Positions 23,370 to 34,583 of a DNA stretch of 64,000 nucleotides are shown here, in pieces. The stretch is from Hydrolagus colliei. Lineage: Eukaryota. The stretch's first letter is position 1; every line of letters begins with the position of its first letter. Position numbers and translations under genes: made by a program. Below the pieces are notes generated by a model. It saw only the letters and a program-made list of their open reading frames with translations, had not been told where the DNA came from and did not search any database. The DNA lies in assembly GCA_035084275.1 (NCBI GenBank), contig CM068742.1, positions 35,650,001-35,714,000 on the forward strand, in the 5' to 3' direction.

Positions 23370-23607
23370 GCCTGGATCAGTTGATATCAATCTGGACTCT
23401 GAGACAGATGGCTGACGGTTCAAGATGCAGATTGTGACATCTAGCTCATCTGGACTTGATACAGCAATGCAGGTACATGGGGAGGTGCTGTTGGGAATAC
23501 CCCCTGATGTGAAAGTAAGTTACACAAATAATTTGTTGTTGTTGTTGGAGGTGCCATCCTGTGGTTGAGATGTAAGACAGAGTTCCTGTCCACCTGTTAA
23601 AGATCCT
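23370..23607 (+). mobile_element. Old Deu-domain SINE 5' half with a short L2 tail inserted at about 23500-23546
   Basis: ctctgagacagatgg...ggttcaag head, then ggtgccatcctgtggttgagatgtaa...ctgtccacctgtt (Deu-like core). Confidence 0.5.
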
Positions 23608-24420
23608 TTGGCACAAGGGGCTGAAAGCAAGGCCGCCGATGGTGGAACGAATGATTCAGGGGACAGGGTGGAAGCAAGACCCAGTAGAGCGGAGGTAGCG
23701 GGTACTGTTGTGAGGAGAGAAGAGGTTAGAGAGGTAGGGGTATGCAGAGGAGTAGAGGGATTTAAATATAAGAGTGAGGATCTTGAAGTCGATCTGCTCT
23801 GTGACAGGGAGCCAGGGAAGTCTGGTGAGGACTGGGGTAATCGGGGAGTGAAGTTTGGTTCAGGTGAGAATGTGGGCGGCGGAGTTCTATATAAACTGGA
23901 TTATATGAATGGTGGTGGAGATGAGGAGGGCATTGGATTAGTCCAGCCGAGAGGTGACAATGGCATGGACAAGGGTTTCGGCAGCTTTAGGGGTGAGATA
24001 TTGATGGAGCAATGTGGCGGAGATGGAAGAAGGCGGTGCTGGTGAGGGACTGGATGTGGGGGAGGAAGGATAATTGGGGGTCGAACCTGATGCCTTGATT
24101 ACGTATGGGTTCAGAGAGTTTTTAGGGCAGGTCGGATAGGTAGAGGAGATGAGAGCCATGGAACTGAAGACATCGATGAGAGCCAAAGTCTATGGCTTCC
24201 GTCTTGTCAATGTTTAGCAGCAGGATGTTTGATCCAGCTCTTGATGTCTGACAGGCAGGATGACAGAACATCAGGGGACTGGGTGTTTCAATCTGAGGTG
24301 GAAAATTTGATTTGAGTGTCATTCGCATACATGTGGAAATTTACTCCAGGTCTGCGGATGACATCACCAAGTGGGAGCATGTAGATAAGGAAGAGAAGCG
24401 GGTTAAGGATGGATCAGGGG
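23608..24420 (-). mobile_element. L2 ORF2 fragment (RT to C-terminus), frameshifted
   Basis: The minus strand reads [23 protein letters not shown] (degenerate YADD), LNIDKTEAI and AAETLVHAIVTSRLD. Confidence 0.9.
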
Positions 24421-25403
24421 GCACTTTTGAAGGCATTTCCTTCAACATATGGAACGGGTAAGATTTATTGTACTATAATGTCAGCATTGTATTGTCTAAG
24501 GGAGAACTGAACATAATGGTCTGAATGAGCTTTTCTTCTTCCAAAGACACACTTGGCATAAAGAAATATGAGATCTGGAATAAATCTAAGTCTGTTCTAA
24601 GTCTGTTTAGGCAGACTTTAGTATTACTATATTATAAAAATAAGTATATATGCGAAAAAGATAAAATGGGAGAGAAATATATACATATTCAAATCAAGAT
24701 TTTCTCAGAAGGAAAATATAGCTCAATTGGCAGGTCTCTCTGTTCCTTCTATTACTGTGTAGCATCTGTTATCTACACTGCCAATCTCCTGTGAAACCTG
24801 TGAAACTGAAATAAACATGATACATTGAAGAAACTGGGGGAATACATGAATAAATGACTCACCCTTAGAACCCATGATAGACCATGTTCCCACAAGAAGT
24901 AGAATAAATACTGTCACAATATTCTGTGATACACTAACTTCTAAAGTCGAATGTTAAGAGGTGTACCAGAAGGAACAAGGAGTTGGTATAAAAATGTAAT
25001 ACATGTTCATTTTATCTCTTCTGTCTCTGCTTAGCGCCTAGGATTATGCACAAAATTCACAAATATTGGCTTAATTTGAAAGTTTGTTTCCTGAAATTTT
25101 CAAAAGATGAACCACCTTCTAAATTCTTAAAACTGGGCCTGGAGTTAAGAATGTTCCACAGTTCTGTGTGATCTTACATTTTAAGACAATGTAGTGTTTC
25201 AGGCGATGACTAGATGGAATTGCATTATGGGCCTCAAGACTCAATGTAATGCTTTCACTGATGACCAAACCAGGACTGTTATTTCATCAAGTATAGAACT
25301 GGAGGCAGCAGCCCATGTCCCATTACTCCAGGGTGAAAGGTGTTGAAACACCAATGCTTCGAGCCACCCTAATACATTTACTGTTGTTTCTTGACCTACT
25401 TAC

Positions 25404-25471
25404 TCAGAGTCCGCGTCGGAATACACTGTGATTCCTTGTTATTATGCGAAAGCAAGGACCACACATGTAGC
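25404..25471 (-). other. Candidate isolated 68-nt exon, gene unidentified
   Basis: Minus strand: ttttcccatataactgtAG|GCTACATG...GGACTCTGA|GTAAGT, a consensus donor, with several CpGs. One frame is fully open (LHVWSLLSHNNKESQCIPTRTL). Another reads YMCGPCFRIITRNHSVFRRGL then stop. Confidence 0.3.
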
Positions 25472-26361
25472 CTACAGTTATATGGGAAAACATAGAACAG
25501 ATGGAGACAATCACCAATTTATTTCAGTCAAAAATTTCACTCCAGATTCAACTCATTCTGCAGGATCAGATTGTGCAGATTTCTTATATTCACATTGCTT
25601 TGAATGGTTGTGCAGAGTTTGTAACTGAGCCTGCACTTGGTGCACACTTTGATAAAACAGATTACATGCTTGTTGACCAGAGGTGAAGGGTACCCCTTTA
25701 GTGGTGTTGTATCCAATAGTCCTCTTTATGAATTCTGCCGATTCAGTCAGACGTTTCTGGTGCTAGCTGTCACTGCCAATATTTGCAAGTGCTCAGTCTG
25801 TTGTTTCTTTTGGTTGACAACCTCGCTGCCTGAACAAACCATGCAACTAGCTCAGTGGCCCTTTACTGGAAAGGCCCAGCAGCACTGGTTAGTAAAGATT
25901 TTAGGTACAACAACAAGAACTTGCATTTATATAGCACCCTCCACGCAGGGTAGTGTCTCAGACCACTTAACAGTGGTAGGCTAACATAGGCCAAGAAAGA
26001 AAACATGGGGCAGGGTGGGGTGGGGTTGGGGAGGGGGAGCTAGGGGGAATGAGTACATGGAAGATTGTCAGATTTTTAACAATTGTCATGGTTCAACAAT
26101 TAGGGAAGTAACAAATCCAGTTACTTACCTACCGTGAAGGTAATAATGGGGGAGAACTGCATTATTAGAGGTGTTGTCCTTCAGATGAGAAGTTAACTTG
26201 AGGTTTCCCCCTGCCTAATCAGGGCAAAAACCCTACGGTACTCTTTGAATGATATAGTTTATAGGTGAGCTTGGCAGCTAAATTATGCAAGGCAGCGTCC
26301 CAAAAAACAACCGTGAAATTAATGACTAATGGGAGATATTCCCTTCTCTTCTCAGTTAGTG

Positions 26362-26860
26362 TCATGGAAGCTCTCCATGGCCTCGCCCTACCCTTCCTCT
26401 GTGACCTCCTAATCTCCTACCAACCTGCCCGCTCCTTACACTCAGCAGGCTCCGGCCTGCTCCATGTCCCCCGACCCAACCACCCCACTATCGGTGGCCG
26501 AGCTTTCAGCCACTCTATCCCTAACTTCTGGAATTCCATCCCACAATACTTCTGCCTCGCCCCCTCCCTGGCCTCCTTCAAGTCCCGCCTCAAGACACTC
26601 CTCTTCAACAGTCCCATCGGTTACCGCAAATCCTGTCCTTTCCCTCTACCCAACCCCACCTCCATTGTGAAAGTTGCTTTAGAAATGTAATGTTGTTATT
26701 ATTGTAGTTTTAAGACTGTTGGGGATCAAACAAGAGACTGAGGGAAAGGACTGCAGTTCCCAACCGCAGCTCAGGTCTGAAACATTGATTGTCCAGCGCC
26801 TTGGGATGTTCTCCTGATGTGAAAGGCGCTTTACAAGTGTAATTTTGTTGTTTTTGTTGT
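26362..26860 (+). mobile_element. L2 3' end with two successive tails (chimeric)
   Basis: ALHGLALPFLCDLL...GGRAFS...WNSIP...SFKSRLKTLLF. First tail at about 26685-26705. Second tail ccttgggatgttctcctgatgtgaaaggcgc...(gtt)n. Confidence 0.88.
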
Positions 26861-26861
26861 T

Positions 26862-27052
26862 TAACATCCTTCTGAGTAGGCAGTCGGGACCTCAATTTCA
26901 TATCTCATCCGAAGGACAGCACTTCCAACAACGAAGCACATCCCCAGCATTGCATTAGAGTGTCAAGCTAGATTATATAAAGCCAGAATTTGGCATGAGC
27001 CCACAATTCTCTGATTCAGATGTAGGAGTGCTACCAATTGAGCCACACTGAC
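26862..27052 (-). mobile_element. Old SacSINE1/DeuSINE-like SINE 5' half
   Basis: tctcatccgaaggacagcac...gagtgtcaagctagattat...gtgctaccaattgagccac (Deu core plus tRNA A box, reverse complement). Confidence 0.7.
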
Positions 27053-28385
27053 ATGAACAATTATTTCCAATTTACAAAGATTTGCATACCAGTAAATGTT
27101 CACTCAGGCATTCTTTATGAATGGAGTAAATAGAAACATATTTGTTGTTTATGCACATTCCACCATACAGTTATTCATTTATCCTTGATAAATATTATAT
27201 CATATTTATTGACTATTTTTGGGTTCAAGCTGCTTCAGTGCACATATATGAGAGTAGGAGAACAGATAATAATAATCTTTGGATTTGATATAGCACTTTT
27301 CACATCTTATTGACGTCTCAAAGCACTTCACAGAATATACTGCAAAGTGAATTGACTGTATATTTGTGGGCGAATGGCATGGAATAAAAAATTACATGAT
27401 GGCGGCAACATAAAACACCCATTTGTACCCCATCCTGCAGTGGGGAGCTGAAATGTAAGCTCACAGTGTATCGTTCCCACAATGCATCTTATTTGCTGCA
27501 TTAGAAAGGCAACCATTGCTGTACCAGCCCTGCACCATTTCTCTGCACCACAATCACTCTCCTAATCTGGAGAGGCATCTAAGAGTAAGATTTTCTAGAT
27601 TGCATATTCAGAGCAACTTTCTGTTGTGGAATCGTCGAACTCTAGATTGAAACAAGCAGTATGTACTTAATTTACATTGTATTTTCTTAATTGCTATGCT
27701 GCTTGGATTCCTTACTCCCCCCACCTCAGAATTTGAACCCATAAGCCAAGGGTGTCAGGACATTGAGCTGATTAAATTACATAGTTCTAATTTTCAATAT
27801 TTAGAACTAAAAGGAGTGATTCTAACAAGCAATCATTTGGGTTTGTGCTATTTTTAGATAATTGGATTGAGTTTCTAAGTTGCCCTCCAGTGATTAAAGT
27901 CATCTATTTCATAGAGAGCTCCCAGCATAGCTGTGAGTTTGAAAGTGTTAGCCTACCACTTATCTCTTTTTTAGATGTGTTTTAGTCCTCCAATTTTCTT
28001 CCTGGGTTGTGTTTCTTGTCTGAGGGATTGCTCCACTTGTCTTCATCGCCCTGTTATCTCATCCAAGCAGCCATTATTCACACGTGAGTCAATATAGTGA
28101 GTAATAGCAGGCTGTTCAGCCATGTAGAATGCCTTGGTCGAGTTTGATTCTACTCTAAACTGATATCCACAAAAGCTCAGTTTGCAGTATTGGCTACAGT
28201 GTCTCCATGTCCAGGGGCATCCAACTATGTACTCCAACTGCCCCATATCTGCATAGCCTAGGACAAATCTTAAACTTTCAGGTTTGTATGACTCTGTTTC
28301 ACACTAAAAAGAATGACTTCATTAACCTAGACAAGATGAACTCTAGGTTTAGAAGGTTTTTCATGTCCCACTGTAAATTATAGGA

Positions 28386-29345
28386 TCATAGAATTGTGCA
28401 GCACAAAAGGAGGCCATTCAGCCCATTGTGTCTGTACCAGCACTTTGAAGGAGCTATCCAAATCAATCCCACTCCCCCATTCTCTCCACAAGCTTGTCTT
28501 CCCCAATTAATTATCTCTTTCTCTCTAAAAAGTTGTTTTTGTATCAGCCTCCACCACCCTTTCAGGCAATGCATTCCAGATCCAAACAACTCGCTGTGTG
28601 AAAAAAAAATTCCTCACCTCCCCTCTATTTCTTTTAACAACTATTTTAAATTGGCGTCCTCGGGTTACTGACCCACCCACCATTCGAAATAATTTATCTT
28701 TGTTCAACCTATCGAATACCCTCAAAATTTTGAAACCTATTAATTATCCTCTGCACCTCAGTTATCCTCAGATTCTCTGCACCAAGGAGAATAATCCTAG
28801 CTTCTCTAGCTTCTCCTGATACCTGAAGTCTGTCATTCCTTGTACCATCCTGGTAAATCACCTTTGCACCCTCTCCAATGCCTTGACATCTTTCCTAAAG
28901 TGTGGTGCCCAAAACTGAACACAGTACTCCAGCCGAAGCCTAACCAATGTTTTATAAAGGTTCATCATAACTTCTGTCTTTTGTATTCTATGCCCCTATT
29001 TATAAAGCGTAGTATCCTGTATGTTTTTTTTGTAACAGCTTGATCTATCTGTCCTGTCACTTTCAGAGATTTGGTCATATGAACCCCCGGGGCTCTCTGT
29101 TCCTTCACCCCGTTTAAGATTCTATCATCTCACTTATACTGCCTCTCCTCATTCTTCCTTCCAAAATGCATCACTTTGAATATCTCCACATTATACTATT
29201 TGCCAAGTGCCTCTCCATTTTACCAGTCAGTCTATGTCCCTTGAAGGTCATGATACTATCCTCCTTACTATTTACTAGCTTAGTATCATCTGGAAACAAG
29301 GAAATTGCACTCCCTATACCCAAGTCCAGTTCATTTATATAGATT
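28386..29345 (-). mobile_element. Older 5'-truncated CR1 LINE
   Basis: The minus strand reads VTRGRQFKI...FFTQRVVWIWNALPERVVEA, and the LEYCVQF region is at about 28915-28935. Confidence 0.92.
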
Positions 29346-30084
29346 TATATATAAATTATTTGTTTTATCATCAAATTTGACCCTTCTGCCAATTTATCTA
29401 ATCAGTTCCTGTCAACAAATCCTGGAATAGCAATATTTGCAATTGAATACTGTGGAAGCCTGTGAAACCTTCTTCTTGGATTTTATACTTCCAGTTGACA
29501 GTATTACTGCAAGGATAGAAATTACAATGAACTTTATATTGGAGCCTATTTATTAAAGTCACAGTGGGACTGCCATTATACAGTAGTGGCTAATTTTTAG
29601 AAGAGAATGTTTGAAATAGCAATCCCTATTGTACTAAACAAAATGGCTTTATTCAAGGGGTGAAAATTCTGACTTGTGTAATGTGCTGCTTATCATATTG
29701 TTGATAAACATGGTCAATTACACCAATTGATATGAATAATAATCCTTCCATTTGATACACAACCTTTCAAATCAGGAGAACATCACCAAGTACTTCACAG
29801 GTTATACAGCACAATACATATTTATATTGTGCTTTTGACATCAGGAGAATGCCCCAGTGACTAGCAGTAGAGTGAGATTACTGTGATACTTAAAGGTGAA
29901 AATGCAGATCCTGAATTCAATCTGCTATAAAGTGTAGTGATCATCTATTTGTTTTGGTCAGCCAAACTGAGATTTCCATTCATTGCACCTAATAATAATC
30001 CATGCATTGGAATACCTCCACATGGAAATTCCAGAGATATTTATTGGAATGGTATCTGCACCCTGTCCCTGGAGGAACACATCC

Positions 30085-30335
30085 TGCAGCAGATCATGCC
30101 AAACTCTGCAGCTCATGTCCTCTCCGCACCAGGCTGACTGACCCCATCACCCCCACCCTATCCTGGCTCAATTGGTTCCCGATCCCTCAGAGGATACAAT
30201 TCAAGTTCCTCATCCTCACTTTTAAGGCCCTCCAAGGCCTTTCCCCCTCCTATCTCTCTGACCTTCAGTGCCTTGGGATGTCCTCCCGATGTGAAAGGCG
30301 CTCTATCAATGTAATTTTGTTGTTGTTGTTGTTAA
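30085..30335 (+). mobile_element. L2 3' fragment with internal deletion
   Basis: PITPTLSWLNWFPIPQRIQFKFLILTFKALQGLSPSYLSDL joined directly to the ccttgggatgtcctcccg...(gtt)n tail. Confidence 0.85.
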
Positions 30336-30549
30336 CCTACGGACCCCCTATCAACCTGTCTGCTCCCTCCATCCATGAAAATACTATTAGACAAGGTATC
30401 TTGCTGCTTGCTTGGCTATAAGAACACCATATTCATTTGTACTTTAGTTTGCAGGTTTAAGAGGACCTGAACATGAAGAATCATTGTCCTCAGTTACTAG
30501 TCTGGCCTTCTAAGTCCCACTGATGATCCGTCATTTTCAGTGCTCTGAC

Positions 30550-31270
30550 CTTCACAGCTCAGGAACTGGACTACTGAGCCGCAGAGGGTGTCAATTCTAA
30601 CATTCCATTACCAAACATGTCAACTTGGAGCCTTTTCAACTCCAAAGTAGACCCTGCTTACACCTTCCTGTCCGCAGCTCAGGCACACATGCCATCCCAT
30701 TGAGCAATAGTTCCACCAATTGGAGATGTGCAGCTTGAGTAACAGCTGCAAACTGATTAAGATGGGGAAAAAATCCAAGCACCTGATGTATAAACATTTG
30801 TTCAAATATTTGAACTCCAGGTAATGCCTTCCAGCAGCTGTTGCCTCAAGCCTCAGAGTTTCCTCATCGAGCTATCTCCCGACGTGAAAGGTGCTCTATA
30901 AACGTATTTTTTTTTTGTTGTTGTTGACAGATATCTATTTTCAACATGTTGGAACACCTGCACAACTTGTGATGTGCTAGCCACCTTAATGGTCTTGAGG
31001 TCCAAATCCAATGCTGTGTATGCTTGCTCAGGCACCAACAGCTTCATCCAGATCGTCAAACGAGGGGCCTTGCAAATTGACGTGCTCTCTGTGAGGCCAA
31101 TTCTGCCTCTAGAGTGTTCAGTTACAAGTCAGTGTAGACTGGTACCCTCCCTTCAAATGGCTGCTTCCAATGTTTGCCACAAATCTGTCTCACTGCTTGA
31201 TTCTGGACTTTGCAGATGGGCCAGAGGAAGCCTTTCTGCTACTCTCCCAGGAGTTTCGATCCAAAGGTAG
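30550..31270 (-). repeat. Old unclassified interspersed repeat, copy B, with a short L2 tail inserted at about 30874-30926
   Basis: 30550-30750 is homologous to 15285-16240. The extension to 31270 is inferred from similar composition only. Confidence 0.55.
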
Positions 31271-32136
31271 AAACATGTATTTTGTAGGTGAACTTGGCAG
31301 GCAATTTGTGCACAACAATATCCTGCGAACAGCCATGAAGTGACCAATTTTATTTGGGGTTTTATTGGCCAGGAAACTGTGAGAAGCACCCTTCTCATTT
31401 TTTATAGAGCCACGGATTCTTTAACATCCGAAACAAGTAATGGTGGTGATTGAAGACACTGGACTAGCCACAAATGTGACCACCCCTATCTTCACCAACC
31501 CCATAACTCTGTCACATTGTTGGGCCTGGAGCCAACCCCATCAGTCATTTGTGTTGCTAATACAGCAATGTGCCCCTTCACAGGATAGTGGCTTAACTCT
31601 GATTTATATTGAATTTTGCTGAGCTGCCTCTCATAACTCAGGTGCTTAATTGCTAACATTTAACATGAATCATTACTTGTATAAACATTGTTAATAGTAC
31701 CCTTATGATAATTATTTAATGGGAAGAATATTTCTAGGTTTGACCATCAGGTTCATTGTAGTGAATTGATGTACATTCATTTGTGTGGAAGTGAACTGAA
31801 TTCAAAACTGCACCAAATGTGTCAAAGATGTCACTATCACTGCTCCACATTATGAATTACTTCAGCGATTGAATCATGCAGTCACTGTTTAATTCACAGG
31901 ACTAGCACGTTCTTACTCCCATTTACCCAGGTCACTTTCCCCATCTTCTAGTTGAAAATCCTCCTATGGTTGGCTCAAGTGTGTCAAAGTCAGAACAGGA
32001 TTGTGCTGACGTAGGCTCACTAATCAATAGTTCTCTGGCAGTATTTCTCAAACAAATCTGGCAATTTGCCATTGTGAACCGCTGTCTTGGGACAGACATT
32101 AAAATGGAATCCTAAAGTACTGTACACAAATGCAAG

Positions 32137-32640
32137 AAACAAAAACAAAACATACAAACAAACAAACAAACAAACAAAACTTACATTTATATAGCGCCTT
32201 TCACGTCGAGAGGACATCCCAAGGCGCTGTACAGTCAGGTAGGACAAGAGCAGGGTGGGAAGGATCAGGGCAGGATGAAGAATAGTAGGAAAAGTAACTG
32301 TATTAGTGGGCGAAACGCGGCAGCCAAATTGCGCACAGCAGTGTCCCACAATCAGTCACGGAAGTGGGATTAGGGGCAAAAGGGGGTAAAGAAGCAAAAG
32401 GGGAGGGGTCGAGGCAGGGGGAAGAAAAGCAGGAAAGTCGACTGTATATTTGTGGGCGAAACGCGGCAGCCAAATTGCGCACAGCAGTGTCCCACAAACA
32501 AAATTGCATTTGTAAGAGCATCTTTCATATTGGGAGGAGGTCCCAGGCGCTGAACAGTCAGGGGTCAGGACCCAAGCGAGGAGTGGGGAGTGAGATGGGG
32601 TGGGCAGGCTAGGGATGAGGGCAGGTAGAGAGGTAGGAGG
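32137..32640 (-). mobile_element. Composite: young L2-tailed element with two SINE core boxes, abutting an older L2 3' end
   Basis: (CAAA)n plus L2 tail at 32137-32235. Identical 46-bp boxes at 32306-32351 and 32452-32497. A second L2 tail starts at about 32498. Confidence 0.75.
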
Positions 32641-32805
32641 GCGGCTTATAACATTCAGATAAAGAAGGCTCTTCAGTCAATTTAATTTCAACTTTCCAGA
32701 ATACCCTTCCTTCTGTCTTGACCTGTCTCCTGCATTTTATCAAAATGTTTCTTAAATTAGTCCAGCACCCTGGCTTTAGCCATCTTGACCGATTCCAGTT
32801 CCAGT

Positions 32806-33143
32806 GGAGCTCCTGTGGCTTAGTGGTTAGAGCACTTGTCTTGCAAGCTGGGGAGACCAAGCTGGGGGGACCTGTGTTCGAATCCAGGCAGGTCAGGGCA
32901 AAACCTTGGGCAAGTTTCCTTACTCCACACGCCTAATAATAATCTGTCAAAAAAAAACACAATAATAAATTGGTTATTTCAATCCATGACTGTTTGTGGG
33001 ACACTGTTGTGCACAATTGGCTGCCGCGATTCGCCCTCAAATATAGTAAATTCACTTCACACTATATTCTGTGAAGCGCTTTGGGACGTTGATAAGATGT
33101 GAAAAGTGCTATATCAAATGCAAGGACTATTATTATTATAATT
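32806..33143 (+). mobile_element. Full-length tRNA-derived SINE with L2-type tail
   Basis: A box tggcttagtgg (32816), B box gttcgaatcc (32876), central tgtttgtgggacactg..gtgc.caattggctgccgcg, and tail gtgaagcgctttgggacg...gctatatcaaatgcaagga(tta)n. Confidence 0.93.
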
Positions 33144-33609
33144 ACTCTCTGTGTAAATAAATATTTCTTGGTCTCTGGTTCTAACATTACCCTCTACAAT
33201 CAGGAATCCATGTTTTCTTTCTCTGCCTCACAGGACAATACAACTTGAGTTTGGAATTGTGATGAGCAAACGCAAAGTATTGCACTGGGTTTAGCAATTC
33301 CATTTAGCATTTTATACACCACTAACAAGACTCCTCTGAGATATCTAACTGTTCTTCACGGGCCATAACATTGGGGATCATCCTCATTGCTCTCCTATGT
33401 GCTGTCTCTCGTGCCTGGGCAACTCCATTAGATTGCAGTGACCTAGTGATGATGATCTCTGCTCTGATCTGCTTCCATATTTGCTTCAGCTATTCAATAG
33501 GATTCACCACCTTACCCCTTTCTTCCACATCTTCAGGTCACACTTTCTCTTCCACCGTGATTACGATCATCTTCCTCTACCCCTGGCTCAGCCTCGAGCT
33601 CCAACACTC

Positions 33610-33735
33610 TTAAGCACTCTGAGACGCTGCCTGGCATGGAGTGCGCTATATATATATCTATATATACAACAGCAACAACTTCGATTTATATAGCGCTCAC
33701 CACACCAGATGGTGTCTCAGAGCGCTTCGCAATAA
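33610..33735. mobile_element. Two short L2 3' tails, tail-to-tail
   Basis: aagcactctgagacg...gcgctatata (+) faces caacaacttcgatttatatagcgc...tctcagagcgcttc (-). Confidence 0.75.
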
Positions 33736-33919
33736 TGCTTCACATATATATATGTATACATATATATAGTAAAAGCTTGTTTATTCAGCACCTGATCAAC
33801 ATTAACTTCCGTAAAACCGGCATCGCAAAAAAAAGTCAGCATTCGATTAACTGGAATTTATCTGGAAAAATATTCATATATTCATGTATTCATATATTCA
33901 TATCCATATATTCATATAT

Positions 33920-34205
33920 CGGGAGACCCGCGGCCAGTGGGTGGAGCCGACAGACTCCACCGCTGGCCGCCGGATCGGGAGGCCACCGGGTCACCGACTT
34001 ACTGGCCGCCAGGTCAGGAGTCAGACCTACCTGGCTGGCTGGCTACCGGGTCGGGACACAGACCTACCTGGCTGGCTGGCTGGCCGCCGGGTCGAGAGTC
34101 AGACCTACCTGGCTGGCTGGCTGGCTGGCCGGCTGGGTGGCCGGCCTTGGGACGTCCTCCCGACGTGAAAGGCGCTATACAAGTGTCATTTTGTTGTTGT
34201 TTGTG
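33920..34205 (+). mobile_element. GC-rich VNTR fused to an L2 3' tail
   Basis: cagacctacc(tggc)n...ccgggtcg units at 34022, 34059 and 34100, then ccttgggacgtcctcccgacgtgaaaggcgctat...(gtt)n from 34145. Confidence 0.75.
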
Positions 34206-34283
34206 TCCTTTCTTTTAATATATAAAAATATTGATGGATGTGGGGCTTGGGTGGGTGAGTGGAATTAAGATAGAAGTTTGAGT

Positions 34284-34583
34284 TCATCCATGGCTAACTA
34301 GAGCAGTTAGGGAAAATATAAAACTAAAAGAAAGGCCTATAAAACTGCCAAAAAGAGCAGCAAACCTGAGGACTGGGAGTGTTTTAGGGACCAACAAAGA
34401 AAAACCAAAAAGCTCATTAAGAGTGAGAAAATGGATTATGAGGGCAAGCTAACTAGGAACATTAAATCAGATTGTAAGAGTTTTTACAAATATATTAAGA
34501 GGAATAGACTGGCAAAAGTAAGTGTGGGTCCATTACAGGCAGAGACAGGAGGAATTATAATGGAGGATAAAGATATGGCAGAG
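34284..34583 (+). mobile_element. Isolated internal CR1 ORF2 fragment (EN-RT tether)
   Basis: PWLTRAVRENIKLK...NIKSDCKSFYKYIKR...VGPLQ...DKDMAE. The first roughly 60 bp match the reverse complement of 60644-60700. Confidence 0.85.

Noticed and set aside
32306-32497. Identical repeats with a unique spacer as a CRISPR-like array
   Set aside because: Only two units, 100-bp spacer, the repeat is a SINE core, vertebrate context, and no cas genes.
32806-32890. tRNA gene
   Set aside because: A and B boxes are present, but it is a SINE head with an internal duplication and continues into SINE body and tail.
33636-34268. 210-aa ORF
   Set aside because: It reads through an L2 tail, MITE arm, microsatellite and GC-rich VNTR, so it is open because of low complexity.
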